Of a stretch of DNA of 64,000 nt, positions 26,913 to 36,757 are shown piece after piece; the stretch's first letter is position 1; each line of letters starts with the position of its first letter. The notes below the pieces were generated by a model that made no database searches, was not told the DNA's origin, and saw only the letters and a list, made by a program, of their open reading frames with translations. The position numbers were made by a program, and so were the translations under genes. This DNA comes from an uncultured Gemmatimonadaceae bacterium (GTDB taxonomy: Bacteria > Gemmatimonadota > Gemmatimonadetes > Gemmatimonadales > Gemmatimonadaceae), in the NCBI GenBank assembly GCA_963843965.1, contig CAWJMR010000021.1, positions 37,176 through 101,175 on the forward strand. The letters are read 5' to 3'.

Positions 26913-27631
26913 ACACGCAGGCGCACACGCTGGTAGACCTCAGCCACGCCATCGAGGATGGCGTGGTGTACTACAAGGGTCTGCCAGCGCCGGTGATCTG
27001 CGACTACCTCAGTCGCGAAGACTCACGTGCGCGGTATGAACCGGGCACCGAGTTTCAGATCGGTCGTGTCGAGCTGATCACCAACACCGGCACGTATATC
27101 GACTGCCCGTTTCATCGCTATGCCGATGGACGCGACACGGCGTCGATGCCACTCGAGCGGTTCGTCGATCAACCCGCGCTCGTGGTGCGCGCGGCCGCGC
27201 GTGAAGGTCGCGCGATCGATGTCGCGCAGCTGTCGGCTCAGCTCTCGCTGTCCGACGTGCGCGGCAAGGCGGTGCTGGTGCACACCGGGTGGGACGCGCA
27301 CTGGGGCACCGATGCCTACTTCGAGGGGCATCCGTATCTCACCGAGCAGGCGGCGATCTGGTTGCGTGACGCCGGCGCGGTATTGGTGGGAATCGACTCG
27401 TTCAACATCGATAACACCGACGGTGGCACGCGTCCGGTGCACACGGTGTTGCTGCGCGAAGAGATCCTGATCGCCGAGCATCTGTGCAACCTGCAGTTGC
27501 TGCCCGATTCGGGCTTGAGCTTCACCGCAGTGCCGCCGAAGCTGGTGGGGGTGGGGACGTTCCCGGTGCGCGCGTTCGCGACGGTGCCCTACGCGTCGCG
27601 CACACTCGCGTACGCATCGCGCAGCACCTGA
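26888..27631 (+). CDS. Cyclase-family protein (kynurenine-formamidase-like)
   Basis: ...LVDLSHAIEDG...NTGTYIDCPFHRYADG...VLVHTGWDAHWGT...VGIDSFNIDN...PVHTVLL. The GTG start at 26888 overlaps the sodC 3' end; the start is uncertain. Confidence 0.7.
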   Translation: MRRGVGLLNTQAHTLVDLSHAIEDGVVYYKGLPAPVICDYLSREDSRARYEPGTEFQIGRVELITNTGTYIDCPFHRYADGRDTASMPLERFVDQPALVVRAAAREGRAIDVAQLSAQLSLSDVRGKAVLVHTGWDAHWGTDAYFEGHPYLTEQAAIWLRDAGAVLVGIDSFNIDNTDGGTRPVHTVLLREEILIAEHLCNLQLLPDSGLSFTAVPPKLVGVGTFPVRAFATVPYASRTLAYASRST

Positions 27632-28509
27632 GCCGAACCCTCGAGGCGTTCGCGTTCGGACGGTAGCATGTCCGGTTCGAGCACGATCTCCGCGCCGCCG
27701 CTGCCGACGATGGTCGGCATGGACAACGCCACATCGCGCACGCCCGACGCGCCCTCCTGCCAACGCGACACCGTGAGCACGCGTCGCTCACCGCGCAGGA
27801 TCGTGCGCAACAACGTCGCGGTGACCAAGCCGATGGCGTGATTGGTGGCGCCTTTGCGCTTGATGATCTCGTAGGCAGCGGTGCGCACTTCGTTTGCCAT
27901 TGGCGCTTCGCGATCGGTACTCCATCCCGGCCACTGCGCCAGCGGCACGCCGCCGATCTGCACGCTCGACCAGAGCACCACTTCGGAATCGCCATGTTCG
28001 CCGACCACCTGCGCATGCACCGAGCGTGGGTCGAGGTCGAGCGCGCGTCCGAGCGCTTCGCGCAGGCGTGCCGTGTCGAGCATGGTGCCGGTGCCGAGCA
28101 CGCGCGCCGGCGGCAGCCCTGAGGCTTCGAGCACCACGCGCGTGAGCACGTCCACCGGATTGGTGACCACGACGATCACGCCGCGCGCCGCCGATAGTCG
28201 CGCACCGAGTTCACGGGCCAGTGCGGCGTTGTCGCGCAGCAACGCGAGCCGCGATTCGCCCGGTTTGCCGTTGCGTCCAGCCGCAATGACGATGGCGTCG
28301 GCGTCGATCATCTCCTCGATCGAGGCCGTGCGCACCGTCGCGCCGGGGTAGAACGAACTTCCCTGCGCCAGATCCATCGCCTCGCCTTCGGCGACCTCGG
28401 TGCGTGCGTCGTACAACAGCAGTTCGTCGGCCACGCCCAGTTGCAGCGTCGAAATGGCCACGCTCGATCCTACCCAGCCGGTGCCGATGATGGCGACCCG
28501 TCGAGCCAT
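27589..28509 (-). CDS. L-lactate/malate dehydrogenase family 2-hydroxyacid dehydrogenase
   Basis: MARRVAIIGTGWVGSSVA Rossmann fold; ...VTNPVDVLT...GTGTMLDTARLR...VVGEHGDSEV. The substrate-loop residue is unusual (see findings), so no symbol is given. Confidence 0.8.
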   Translation of the reverse strand: MARRVAIIGTGWVGSSVAISTLQLGVADELLLYDARTEVAEGEAMDLAQGSSFYPGATVRTASIEEMIDADAIVIAAGRNGKPGESRLALLRDNAALARELGARLSAARGVIVVVTNPVDVLTRVVLEASGLPPARVLGTGTMLDTARLREALGRALDLDPRSVHAQVVGEHGDSEVVLWSSVQIGGVPLAQWPGWSTDREAPMANEVRTAAYEIIKRKGATNHAIGLVTATLLRTILRGERRVLTVSRWQEGASGVRDVALSMPTIVGSGGAEIVLEPDMLPSERERLEGSAQVLRDAYASVRDA

Positions 28510-28517
28510 GAGATGTC

Positions 28518-29450
28518 TCAGTGAGAGAGGCGCTGCGAGAGGAAGCGACGCAACGGTATGAGCGCCGCCGCCGGCGTCTCCTCGAACGGGAGATGCCCGA
28601 CGTTGGGCAGCGGCACCAGCGTGGCTTTCGGCAATGCCTTCATGTAGTCAGCGGCATTGCTGAAGGGGATCATCCGATCCTGCTGTCCCCACAACAGCAA
28701 CGTTGGTGCCTGAATCTGCCGGAGCAGTGCGATGGGATTGACCAGAATCGTCTGACGAAGGCGCTGCAGCATCGCATCGCGCGCGCCCGGCGCCAGCATG
28801 AGATCGTAGTAGCGGGCCACCAGGCTGTCGGTGAGTACACGCTGATCGGCATACGCAGGCTCGAGGCTCATGCGAAACACCGACTTCGGCATGGCGTAGC
28901 GCATGAGTGGCAGGACGAGCGGCACGTCGGCTGGTTTGCCGTACTCGAAGCCCGGACTGGCGAAGCCGTCGGGCGAGATCAGCACCAGCGTTTCCACGCG
29001 CTCGGGGTAACGGGCCGCGAACGACCAGGCAATGCGGCCGCCCATCGAGTTGCCGATGAGCGTGGCGCGCTTCACCCCGAGCGTGTCCATGAGCGTGGCC
29101 AGCAGCTGCATGCTTCGCATGTCGGCGTAGTCACCGGTGGCGTCGGGTGCACTCAGGCCGCTGCCGGGAAAGTCGAAGCGAATCACGCGATATGTGCTGT
29201 CGAGCGCGCGGGCCCACGGCTCCCAGGTGTGCAGGCTCGAACCGAAGCCGTGCAGCAGGATCAACGCCGGTGCATCGCGTGGACCGGTATCGCGGACGTG
29301 CAGCGACGTGCCTTCGATCGTGCGTAAGTCGCTCGTGCTGGCGAGGTAGCGGGCGCGCAGCGTGCCCCCGTCGGCATCGGGGGTGTACAGCGCAACGCCG
29401 GCCGCGATAAGGGCCACGGCAGCGGCGATCGCCAGAATACGTCGTGTCAT
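28518..29450 (-). CDS. Alpha/beta-fold hydrolase with N-terminal anchor
   Basis: MTRRILAIAAAVALIAAGVAL..., LILLHGFGSSLHTW, nucleophile elbow GNSMGG. ORF track extends to 29507. Confidence 0.8.
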   Translation of the reverse strand: MTRRILAIAAAVALIAAGVALYTPDADGGTLRARYLASTSDLRTIEGTSLHVRDTGPRDAPALILLHGFGSSLHTWEPWARALDSTYRVIRFDFPGSGLSAPDATGDYADMRSMQLLATLMDTLGVKRATLIGNSMGGRIAWSFAARYPERVETLVLISPDGFASPGFEYGKPADVPLVLPLMRYAMPKSVFRMSLEPAYADQRVLTDSLVARYYDLMLAPGARDAMLQRLRQTILVNPIALLRQIQAPTLLLWGQQDRMIPFSNAADYMKALPKATLVPLPNVGHLPFEETPAAALIPLRRFLSQRLSH

Positions 29451-29463
29451 AGTGCGGCGGAAC

Positions 29464-29985
29464 TTACTCCACGCGCCACACGCGATTCCACCCGTCGGCG
29501 AAGGCATAGCAGCCGCAGCGTGCCACCCAACGGGCGGCTACGCGCTGGGTTCTTGCTCGGCATGTGCCTGTGTAGTTGCACACCACGTCGGTCACGAGGA
29601 GATCCCGCTGCGACTGCACCGGCGTGAGCGTGGTGTCGATCACCCACGTCGGCTTCTCGGCCGTGGGTGTCCAGGTAAGGCGGCGTGGCGCGCGGGCCGG
29701 GGCGGCTGGCGTGCTCACGGCGACGCCGCCAAGGGAGCGCGGGGCGTCGGCTACGCGATAGGGCAGGGAGGTGCCTCGATACCGATCGAGCGGCAGCGTG
29801 CCGATTCGGGCTTCCGCGCGCGGTATGGGACGCGTGGCAAGGCCTCCGATCGGCTTGGGCGCCGGGGCGGGCGGCCCGAAGGCCTGTGGGCCCACGGTGC
29901 CCACGAGCGGCCGGCTTTGGCCGCCCAGCGAGGCGGCGGTCATGAGCGAAAGCGCGAAAACGGCAGCCAGTGAAGGGCAACGCAT
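29464..29985 (-). CDS. Hypothetical secreted protein, Cys-rich C-terminus
   Basis: Signal peptide MRCPSLAAVFALSLMTAASLGGQ, Pro/Ala-rich middle, four Cys near the C-terminus (CNYTGTC...CGC). I recognise no family. Confidence 0.45.
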   Translation of the reverse strand: MRCPSLAAVFALSLMTAASLGGQSRPLVGTVGPQAFGPPAPAPKPIGGLATRPIPRAEARIGTLPLDRYRGTSLPYRVADAPRSLGGVAVSTPAAPARAPRRLTWTPTAEKPTWVIDTTLTPVQSQRDLLVTDVVCNYTGTCRARTQRVAARWVARCGCYAFADGWNRVWRVE

Positions 29986-29998
29986 AGATGAATCATAT

Positions 29999-32398
29999 AT
30001 GGCGGTCTACTTTTCCCCGATGCCTTCCGCCAATTCCACCGTATCGACCCAGCCCGCCGCCGGGCCGACGCGCTCCTTTGCGCTCGACCATACGCTCGCC
30101 TTCGCGCTGTGCCTGGGCGCCGCGATGCTCTTGCTCTGGCCGCTGCTCACCGGACAGATGCTGTTCGGTGGCGGCCGCTCCGACATGTTCATCGCCGGCT
30201 ACTCGTTCCGCCTGTTCGGCGCCGAGTCGTTCCTGAAAGACGGCGCGATCCCGCAGTGGAATCCGTATCTGTTCGGCGGACTGCCGTACATCGCGGCCAT
30301 GCACGGCGACATTTTCTATCCGACGGCGTGGCTGAGATGGATCATGCCGGTGGATGTGGCGATCACGCTCGGCATGGCGATCCACTTCGTGCTGACGGGA
30401 TGGTTCACGTATCGCTTCTGTCGCTCGCTCGGGCTCTCGTGGAATGCGAGCGTGATTGCGGGTGTGGCGTACGAACTCACGGGTATCGTGGCGTCGCAGA
30501 TGAGTCCGGGGCATGACGGCAAGTTGTTCGTGTCGGCACTCACGCCGCTGGCCTTCTGGACGTTGCTGCACGCCATTCGCCATGCGAAGACGTGGTGCTA
30601 CGGCGCCTTCGCCTTCGTGGTCGCACTCATCGTGCTCGGCCACTATCACATGGCGTACTTCCTGTTGCTGGCGCTCGGACTGTGGGCGATCTATCTCGCG
30701 TTCTTCGACGCCGAGCGTCCGGCCGATCTGAACCCGTGGAAGGCGCTGGGCTTCTCGGCGATCGCCGTGGCCGTTGGTGGCGGCATTACGGCGTTGCAGG
30801 TGATGCCGTTCCTGGAGTACATCCCCTTCTCGCCGCGCGCCGAAGGCGGTCCGGATACCGGATGGGAGTTTGCGACCAGCTACGCCCTGCCGCCGTCGGA
30901 GATCTTCACGCTGCTGCTGCCGCAGTTCAATGGCGTGCTCGATCAGTACTGGGGGCGCAACCCGATCAAGTTCCACACCGAGTACATGGGCTTCCTGCCG
31001 CTGGCGCTAGCGGCGTTGGCGCTGGGTGACAAGGCGCGTCGTCGCTTCGTGATCGCCTTCGGCATTGGTGCGCTGTTCTTCCTCATGCTGTCGTTCGGCG
31101 GCTACACGCCGTTCTACCGGCCGTTCTACGAGCTGCTGCCCCTGGTGAAGAAGATCCGCGCGATGGGCATGGTGTTCTACCTGCCGGCGTTCATGCTGTG
31201 TGTGCTGGCGGGCGTCGGCTTCGATCGATTGCTCGCGCGGGCGGTACCGATGCGCACGGTGCTGATCGTGGTCGGCGGCGCGGTGGCGTTCGCGTTGCTG
31301 GGTACCGTGGGCGGCTTGCAGGGGCTGGCCGAATCACTGGCGATTCCCGAGCGCTTGGAAGGCGTCGCGGCGAACGCGCCGTATCTGCAGAGCGGAGCAC
31401 TGCGATTGCTGGTGTTCGTGGTGCTCGGCGGCGCGGTGCTGTGGGCGGTTGCGGCCGGTCGCATTGGCGCGCGCATGGCCACGGCGGCCCTGGTGGCGAT
31501 TGTGGGTCTCGACCTGTGGAGCGTGGACAAGCAGTTCTACACCTTTTCACCGCGTGCCAGCACGTTGTTCGCGGACGACGCGGTCACCACGCATCTCAGG
31601 AAAGTGTCGGCACCGTATCGCGTGATCGACGGAGGGAACAGCTACGGGCAGTCGATCCTGATGGCGTATCGCATTCCGAATGCGATGGGCTACCACGGCT
31701 TCCAGTTGCGTCGCTACAACGAGCTGGCGGGCGCGAAGGAAGGGTTCCGCAACCTGCTCACGCCGAACATGTTCGATCTGCTGTCGGTGCGGTATCTGAT
31801 CCTGCCTGACACGCAGCCGGTGCCGGGCTTCCACTTGGTCGTGCCGCCGTCACCCACGGCGTTCGGCACCACCGCCACGCTGTACGAAAGCGACACCACG
31901 CCGGCGTACGCGCGCGTGCTGCCGGTGTCGGCCAAGCTTACCGAAGAGCAGGGGCTGGCCACGGTGATCGATCCGCGCTTCCCCATCAGCAACGTGGCGT
32001 TGTTGCCCGATACGTCCACGGCCACGTCGCCGAACGCCACGCCGCCGTTCCCCACGCCGCAGGTGAAGGCCACGGTGACCGAGTGGAGCGCGGGCAAGAT
32101 GCGCATTGCGCTTACCGGCGCGGAAGCGGCGACCAGTCAGTTGCTGGTGTCGGAGAACTGGTATCCCGATTGGCACGCCGAGGTCGATGGCAAGCCGGGC
32201 ATCGTGCGTCGCGCCGATCACACGTTGATCAGCGTGGATCTGCCGCCCGGTGCGAAGGACGTGCGCTTGTGGTTCGACTCGCCGACCTACGCGCGCGGCA
32301 AGATGATCAGCGTGATCTCGTTGCTGCTGGCGGCGGCGATGATGTTCGTGCCGATGTTCATGGCTGGCGGCACGAAGAAGACGGCGAAGGCCGCGTAA
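29999..32398 (+). CDS. YfhO-like polytopic membrane protein (putative glycosyltransferase)
   Basis: First in-frame ATG past the divergent gene is 29999 (alternative 30020). ...FGAESFLKDGAIPQWNPYLFGGLPYIAAMHGDIFYP... and more than 12 TM segments resemble the YfhO family. The large C-terminal soluble domain ends with a TM. Confidence 0.7.
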   Translation: MAVYFSPMPSANSTVSTQPAAGPTRSFALDHTLAFALCLGAAMLLLWPLLTGQMLFGGGRSDMFIAGYSFRLFGAESFLKDGAIPQWNPYLFGGLPYIAAMHGDIFYPTAWLRWIMPVDVAITLGMAIHFVLTGWFTYRFCRSLGLSWNASVIAGVAYELTGIVASQMSPGHDGKLFVSALTPLAFWTLLHAIRHAKTWCYGAFAFVVALIVLGHYHMAYFLLLALGLWAIYLAFFDAERPADLNPWKALGFSAIAVAVGGGITALQVMPFLEYIPFSPRAEGGPDTGWEFATSYALPPSEIFTLLLPQFNGVLDQYWGRNPIKFHTEYMGFLPLALAALALGDKARRRFVIAFGIGALFFLMLSFGGYTPFYRPFYELLPLVKKIRAMGMVFYLPAFMLCVLAGVGFDRLLARAVPMRTVLIVVGGAVAFALLGTVGGLQGLAESLAIPERLEGVAANAPYLQSGALRLLVFVVLGGAVLWAVAAGRIGARMATAALVAIVGLDLWSVDKQFYTFSPRASTLFADDAVTTHLRKVSAPYRVIDGGNSYGQSILMAYRIPNAMGYHGFQLRRYNELAGAKEGFRNLLTPNMFDLLSVRYLILPDTQPVPGFHLVVPPSPTAFGTTATLYESDTTPAYARVLPVSAKLTEEQGLATVIDPRFPISNVALLPDTSTATSPNATPPFPTPQVKATVTEWSAGKMRIALTGAEAATSQLLVSENWYPDWHAEVDGKPGIVRRADHTLISVDLPPGAKDVRLWFDSPTYARGKMISVISLLLAAAMMFVPMFMAGGTKKTAKAA

Positions 32399-33121
32399 CT
32401 ACGGTCGCGTTCCCATCGGTTCACCCATGCGCACGGGCCGTTCGGCGGCCCACTGCGCAGTGAACGCGACGGTCTTCGGCGGGAAGAGCATCACCACCGT
32501 GGAACCCAGCAGAAACCGTCCCATCTCGTCGCCCTGGGCGAGATGGATGCTCTGGTCGGTGTAGTGCCATTCTCGCACGGTGCCCGGACGCGGCGGGTTC
32601 ACGATGCCGTGCCACACGGTGGCCATGCTGCCCACGATCGTGGCGCCTACCAGCACCATCACGAATGGCCCGTGCGCGCCCTCGAACACGCACACCACCC
32701 GTTCGTTGCGCGCGAAGAGTCCCGGCACGCCGCGCGCGGTAGTGGGATTCACCGAGAACAGATCGCCTGGCACGTGGATCATGCGCACCAAGCGGCCATC
32801 GCAGGGCATGTGAATGCGATGGTAGTCCTTGGGGCTCAGATAGATCGTGGCGAAGTCGCCGTTGGCGTAGGGCGCGGCCAATGCCGCATCGCCACCCACC
32901 AATGCCGTGGTGGAGTAGCTGTGCCCCTTCGCCTGAAAGACCTGATCGCCGGTGACAGGCCCGAGCTGACTGATCGCGCCGTCCACCGGACACACGTACT
33001 CGGCCTCGGCGATGGGCCGCGCGCCCGGCTTCAGCGCGCGGGTGAAGAAGTCGTTGAACGTGGCATACGTGGTGATGTCCGGCTCGGCCGCTTCGTTCAT
33101 GTTCACGCCGTACTTGCCCAC
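32399..33121 (-). CDS. psd: Phosphatidylserine decarboxylase, 5'-truncated at the assembly/rearrangement junction
   Basis: ...YGVNMNEAAEPDITTYATFNDFFTRALKPGARPI...DYHRIHMPCDG...GDEMGRFLLGSTVV (LGST self-cleavage motif). Compared with E. coli Psd (from memory), about 40-45 N-terminal residues are missing. Homology stops at ~33,130. Confidence 0.8.
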   Translation of the reverse strand: MGKYGVNMNEAAEPDITTYATFNDFFTRALKPGARPIAEAEYVCPVDGAISQLGPVTGDQVFQAKGHSYSTTALVGGDAALAAPYANGDFATIYLSPKDYHRIHMPCDGRLVRMIHVPGDLFSVNPTTARGVPGLFARNERVVCVFEGAHGPFVMVLVGATIVGSMATVWHGIVNPPRPGTVREWHYTDQSIHLAQGDEMGRFLLGSTVVMLFPPKTVAFTAQWAAERPVRMGEPMGTRP

Positions 33122-33130
33122 GAACCAGCG

Positions 33131-33497
33131 CCGACATGGCCAGCAATTCGCCCGCCGCCCCGGTGGCCATACGCAGCACCTCCAACGGCGACATGAACCG
33201 CGTCAGCTTGGCCAACTGTCGGCCTTGCGTGGCCGCACCGGTCGGGTTGAACAGAACATCCGTCCCGAAGGCCATCTTCACACCCTCGGCCCGGCCTTCC
33301 TCAAAGGCGCGCACCGTGCCAATGGCCACCTGCTGCTGCTTGGCCTGGCTGCGCGGATTCGGAGGATACCGGGGTTGGCATCCTCATCGGCCAGAGACGG
33401 CTGGATGCTCCACCACACTCCGGCCTCGGCCGTTGCCCGGATCGTCGCGTCTGCCGCCAACTGCCAATGTTCGATCGACCGCACCCCGGCCTTGGCG
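33131..33497 (-). pseudogene. Internal fragment (~120 aa) of a metal-dependent amidohydrolase, truncated at both ends, one frameshift near 33,370
   Basis: ...AKAGVRSIEHWQLAADATIRATAEAGVWWSIQPSLADEDANPG / (shift) YPPNPRSQAKQQQVAIGTVRAFEEGRAEGVKMAFGTDVLFNPTGAATQGRQLAKLTRFMSPLEVLRMATGAAGELLAMS, then an abrupt switch into psd sequence. Confidence 0.65.
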
Positions 33498-33790
33498 TAT
33501 ATGTCGCCGGAACGACTAGAAGGTCACCCGCTGGACGAAAGGTGCTGATATCTATTCACTAGGCGCAACGCTGTATCGCTTACTTACCGGCAAGAACAGT
33601 TTTACCGCCGATAACGAGTTTGAGGCACGTGTCGCGGTGCTCAATTTTCCAGCTCAACCGATACGCAGCCATCGTAGCGAGTTGCCCGACAGATTGGTTG
33701 CGGTGGTGCACCGCGCTCTGGAGAAAGACGAGAACCGCCGCTTTCAGAATTGGGCTGAATTCATCCACGAATTCGGCGAAGCCGCGCATG
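33497..33790 (+). pseudogene. Fragment of a Ser/Thr protein kinase catalytic domain (C-lobe only), frameshift near 33,540
   Basis: YMSPERLEGHPLDE(R) / (shift) ADIYSLGATLYRLLTGKNSFTADNEFEARVAVLNFPAQPIRSHRSELPDRLVAVVHRALEKDENRRFQNWAEFIHEF covers kinase subdomains VIII-XI. No N-lobe is present. Visibly more AT-rich than the flanks. Confidence 0.65.
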
Positions 33791-34593
33791 CGGGTGGATC
33801 CAGAACTCGTCGGCGAGGATGCCGGCGACGACGCGCTCGGCCACGTCTTCGACCGGGGTGTAGGCGATGTCGACGCCGGCGGCCTTCATCTGCGCCTCCA
33901 ACGCTTCCACGGTGGTGTACGGCGTGACGCGCGGTCGCTCCTTGGCGAACTCCTCGGTGCGGCTGCGCCACGACTCGAACAGCCCGGTGCGCAGGATGTG
34001 CGGTCCGGGGAACAGCACCGACGCGCTCACCCGTTCACCCGGGCGCTCGCCTGGGCGTCCTGCAGCTGGCCGTACAGGCACTCGGTGATCGTGACGACGG
34101 CGGCCTTGGTGGCGGCGTACTGCGGGGTGCTGGGCAGCGGCGAGACACCGCCGTTGCCGGACGACGTGTTGACGACGTGGCCGCCCGCACCCTGGGCGAG
34201 CATCACCGGCACGAAGGCGTTGATGCCGTGGACGACACCCATCACGTTCACGCCGATGGCCCAGCGCCAGTCGTTCAACTCGTGCTCCCACATCTTGCCC
34301 TCGGCGCCGGCACCGATGCCGGCGTTGTTGCACACCACGTGCACGGCGCCGTAGGCCGCCAACGTGGCGTCGCGCAGGGCCTCGACCGAGGCGTAGTTCG
34401 TGACATCCGTCTGATGGCCGGCGATCGCCAGCCCTGCGGCACGGCACTCGGCGACGGCGCGCTCGAGCGGTTCGGCCTGCACGTCGGCGAGCATCACCCG
34501 CATGCCCGCACGGGCGAACCGCTCGCCCATCGCCCGGCCCAGTCCGCCGGCCCCTCCGGTGACGACCGCGACGCGGTCCTGCAACGTCTGCAT
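33791..34593 (-). pseudogene. Short-chain dehydrogenase/reductase, one frameshift near 34,030, probably 3'-truncated
   Basis: MQTLQDRVAVVTGGAGGLGRA..., CNNAGIG, YAATK catalytic pair (ORF 34027..34593). The C-terminal part continues in another frame: ...VSASVLFPGPHILRTGLFESWRS...ILADEFWIHP. Confidence 0.7.
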
Positions 34594-34710
34594 CAGGCGC
34601 TCATTCGGTTGCGCAGTTGGTCGGGCGACGTCGCCCCGTGTCGGACCGTTGCCATCGTGATACCCCCAGTATCGATTGCGGAGTGAGCGTGCAGGTGGTG
34701 CGGGATCTCG

Positions 34711-35942
34711 TCAGCGGGCGCCGAAGCCGGCGAGCGCCGGGCACTTCTCGGCCACCATCGGCACGTCGCCAGGCAGCAGCGGGCGATCGATCTCGCTGAC
34801 CAGCGGGCCGATGCGCTGGGCGAGCGGCGCGAGCGCGTCGAGGTCGAAGCCGTAGATGCCGCGCGGCGTTCCCACCGAGCATCATCGCCGTCTCGTCGTG
34901 CGGCACACCGGCGAACGCCGCACGCAGCGCCTCCGACGTGTACGGCGTGCTGGCTTCCTTGTGCGGGTAGTCGGTGCCCCACATGATCTTGTCGAGCCCG
35001 ACGGCGTGACGCAGCGGCACCTCGGCCGGGCGGATGAAGCTGGCCCCGACGTTGCACTGCCGGGCGAAGTACTCGCTCGGGCTGAGTGACAGCCGATCGG
35101 TGACGGGCTTGCCCCAGACGTGCTCCTGCGAGCCGACGGCGGTGCGCATCCGGTGGAAGAAGTAGTCGAGCCTGGCCAGCTCGTCGGGGATCCACGCCGT
35201 GCCCTGCTCGGTGAAGACGAGCTGCAGATCCGGATGGCGCTCGAGCGCGCCGGACACGATGAGGTGGGCGAGGGCGCGGTGCGAGAACCAGGTGACCTCG
35301 AGCAAGAAGATGACCGGTGACTCGATCGCCTGCGTCATCGGCGGGCTGGCGCTGCCACCGTGGTGGTTCACCGGCATGCCCAGTTCGGCGCACACGGCCC
35401 ACAGCGGCTCGTAGTACGCGCCGTCGTACAGCTCGGGCAGACCGCTGTTCGGCGGCACACCCGGCAGCAGGATGCCGCCGGTGAGCCCGGCTTCCTTCGC
35501 CCAGCGCACCTCGGCGACGGCGGCGGGGATGTCGTTCAGCAGGATCTGGGCGATGCCGGCGCGACGGCCCGGCACCTCGCTGCAGAAGTCGGCGAGCCAG
35601 CGGTTGTGGGCCTGCAGCCCGGCCCACCGCTTGGCCGCGTCGCCGGCGTTCTGCGCCGGGAGGCTGGAACGTGAGCGACGACTTCGGGTAGAAGGGCGGG
35701 ATCGTGTTCGGGTAGATCACCTCGGCCACCACGCCCTCGGCCTCGAGGTCGGCCTGGCGCCGCTTCGAGTCCCAGTTGCGCTCGCCGAGCTCGCCCTTGA
35801 GGTCGTCGAACTCGATCACGTAGGAGCCGGCCCAAGCATCGAACTCCTCGTGGAACGCCTTCGGCAGGTACTCGCGGTAGTCGCCGATGGCGCCGCCGCC
35901 ATGGCAGTCGGCAGAGATCAGGGTGTAACGATCATCGTCCAT
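34711..35942 (-). pseudogene. Amidohydrolase-2 (ACMSD-like) family protein, at least two frameshifts (~35,620 and ~34,858)
   Basis: MDDDRYTLISADCHGG... (frame of 34593..36053), core ...LPGVPPNSGLPELYDGAYYEPLW...IMWGTDYPHKE... (frame of 34601..35575), tail ...IYGFDLDALAPLAQRIGPLVSEIDRPLLPGD... in the third frame. Confidence 0.7.
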
Positions 35943-36020
35943 GAATTCCGGGCCCCCGCCCGCCTGTATCACTGGGTGATACACATGTTCGTACTGTGAT
36001 ACAGTGTGACCTGCATCACC

Positions 36021-36729
36021 ATGGCTGTCAAGACGATCCAATCCGTGCAGCAACGCGCTCGTCGTCCTCGAGGCGCTCGCTGCCCATCAACCCATCGGCG
36101 TCTCCGCGCTCGCACGGGTGGCCGACATCGACAAGACCGCCGTGCAGCGGATCCTGCTCACACTGGGCGCTGCGGGCTGGATCCGCCAGCTCGAGTCCGG
36201 GGAGTGGACGGTCACGTCGAAGGCGCTCCAGGTCGGCACGCACTACACGTCAGGCCTGCGCGAGCTGGCCCACCCCCACCTCGTCCAGCTCCAGCGCGAG
36301 ACCGACGAGACCGTGCTGCTCTTCGCCCGCGAGGCCAACACCATGGTGGTGCTCGACTCGGTCGACAGCAGCCAGGTGCTGCGCATGACCGTGCCGGTCG
36401 GGATGGTGGTACCCATCCGCCAGGGTGGCGCGTTCGACGCCTGGCTGTCCGACGACGAGCGCGACACGTTGCCGCACCTCGCCCGCGTCCCGTCGCCGGC
36501 GGCGCTCGCCACGGTGCGCGCCAACGGCTACTTCGTGATCGACGAGATGTACCCCAACGCCATCGCGTCCGGCGCTCCGGTGTTCGACCGCCACGGCCGA
36601 CCGATCGCCACGATCACGATCGTCGCGCCCAAGGCGCGGGTGAACAAGGCCGCCGCCCGCCGGCTCGGCGAACGTGCCGCGGCGACGGCATCACGGGTCA
36701 CCGACGCCGCCACCGGCCTGCGCACCTGA
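36021..36729 (+). pseudogene. IclR-family transcriptional regulator, frameshift near 36,050
   Basis: MAVKTIQSVQ / (shift) NALVVLEALAAHQPIGVSALARVADIDKTAVQRILLTLGAAGWIRQ... (wHTH), followed by an IclR effector domain (ORF 36118..36729). Confidence 0.7.
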
Positions 36730-36757
36730 GGTCGTGGCGCCAGGCGCCAGGCCGTGT

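Noticed and set aside
33100-33800. A mobile genetic element or integration site as the cause of the mosaic junction.
   Set aside because: I found no transposase, integrase, recombinase, tRNA target, terminal inverted repeats or direct target duplications. The fragments are pieces of ordinary metabolic/signalling genes.
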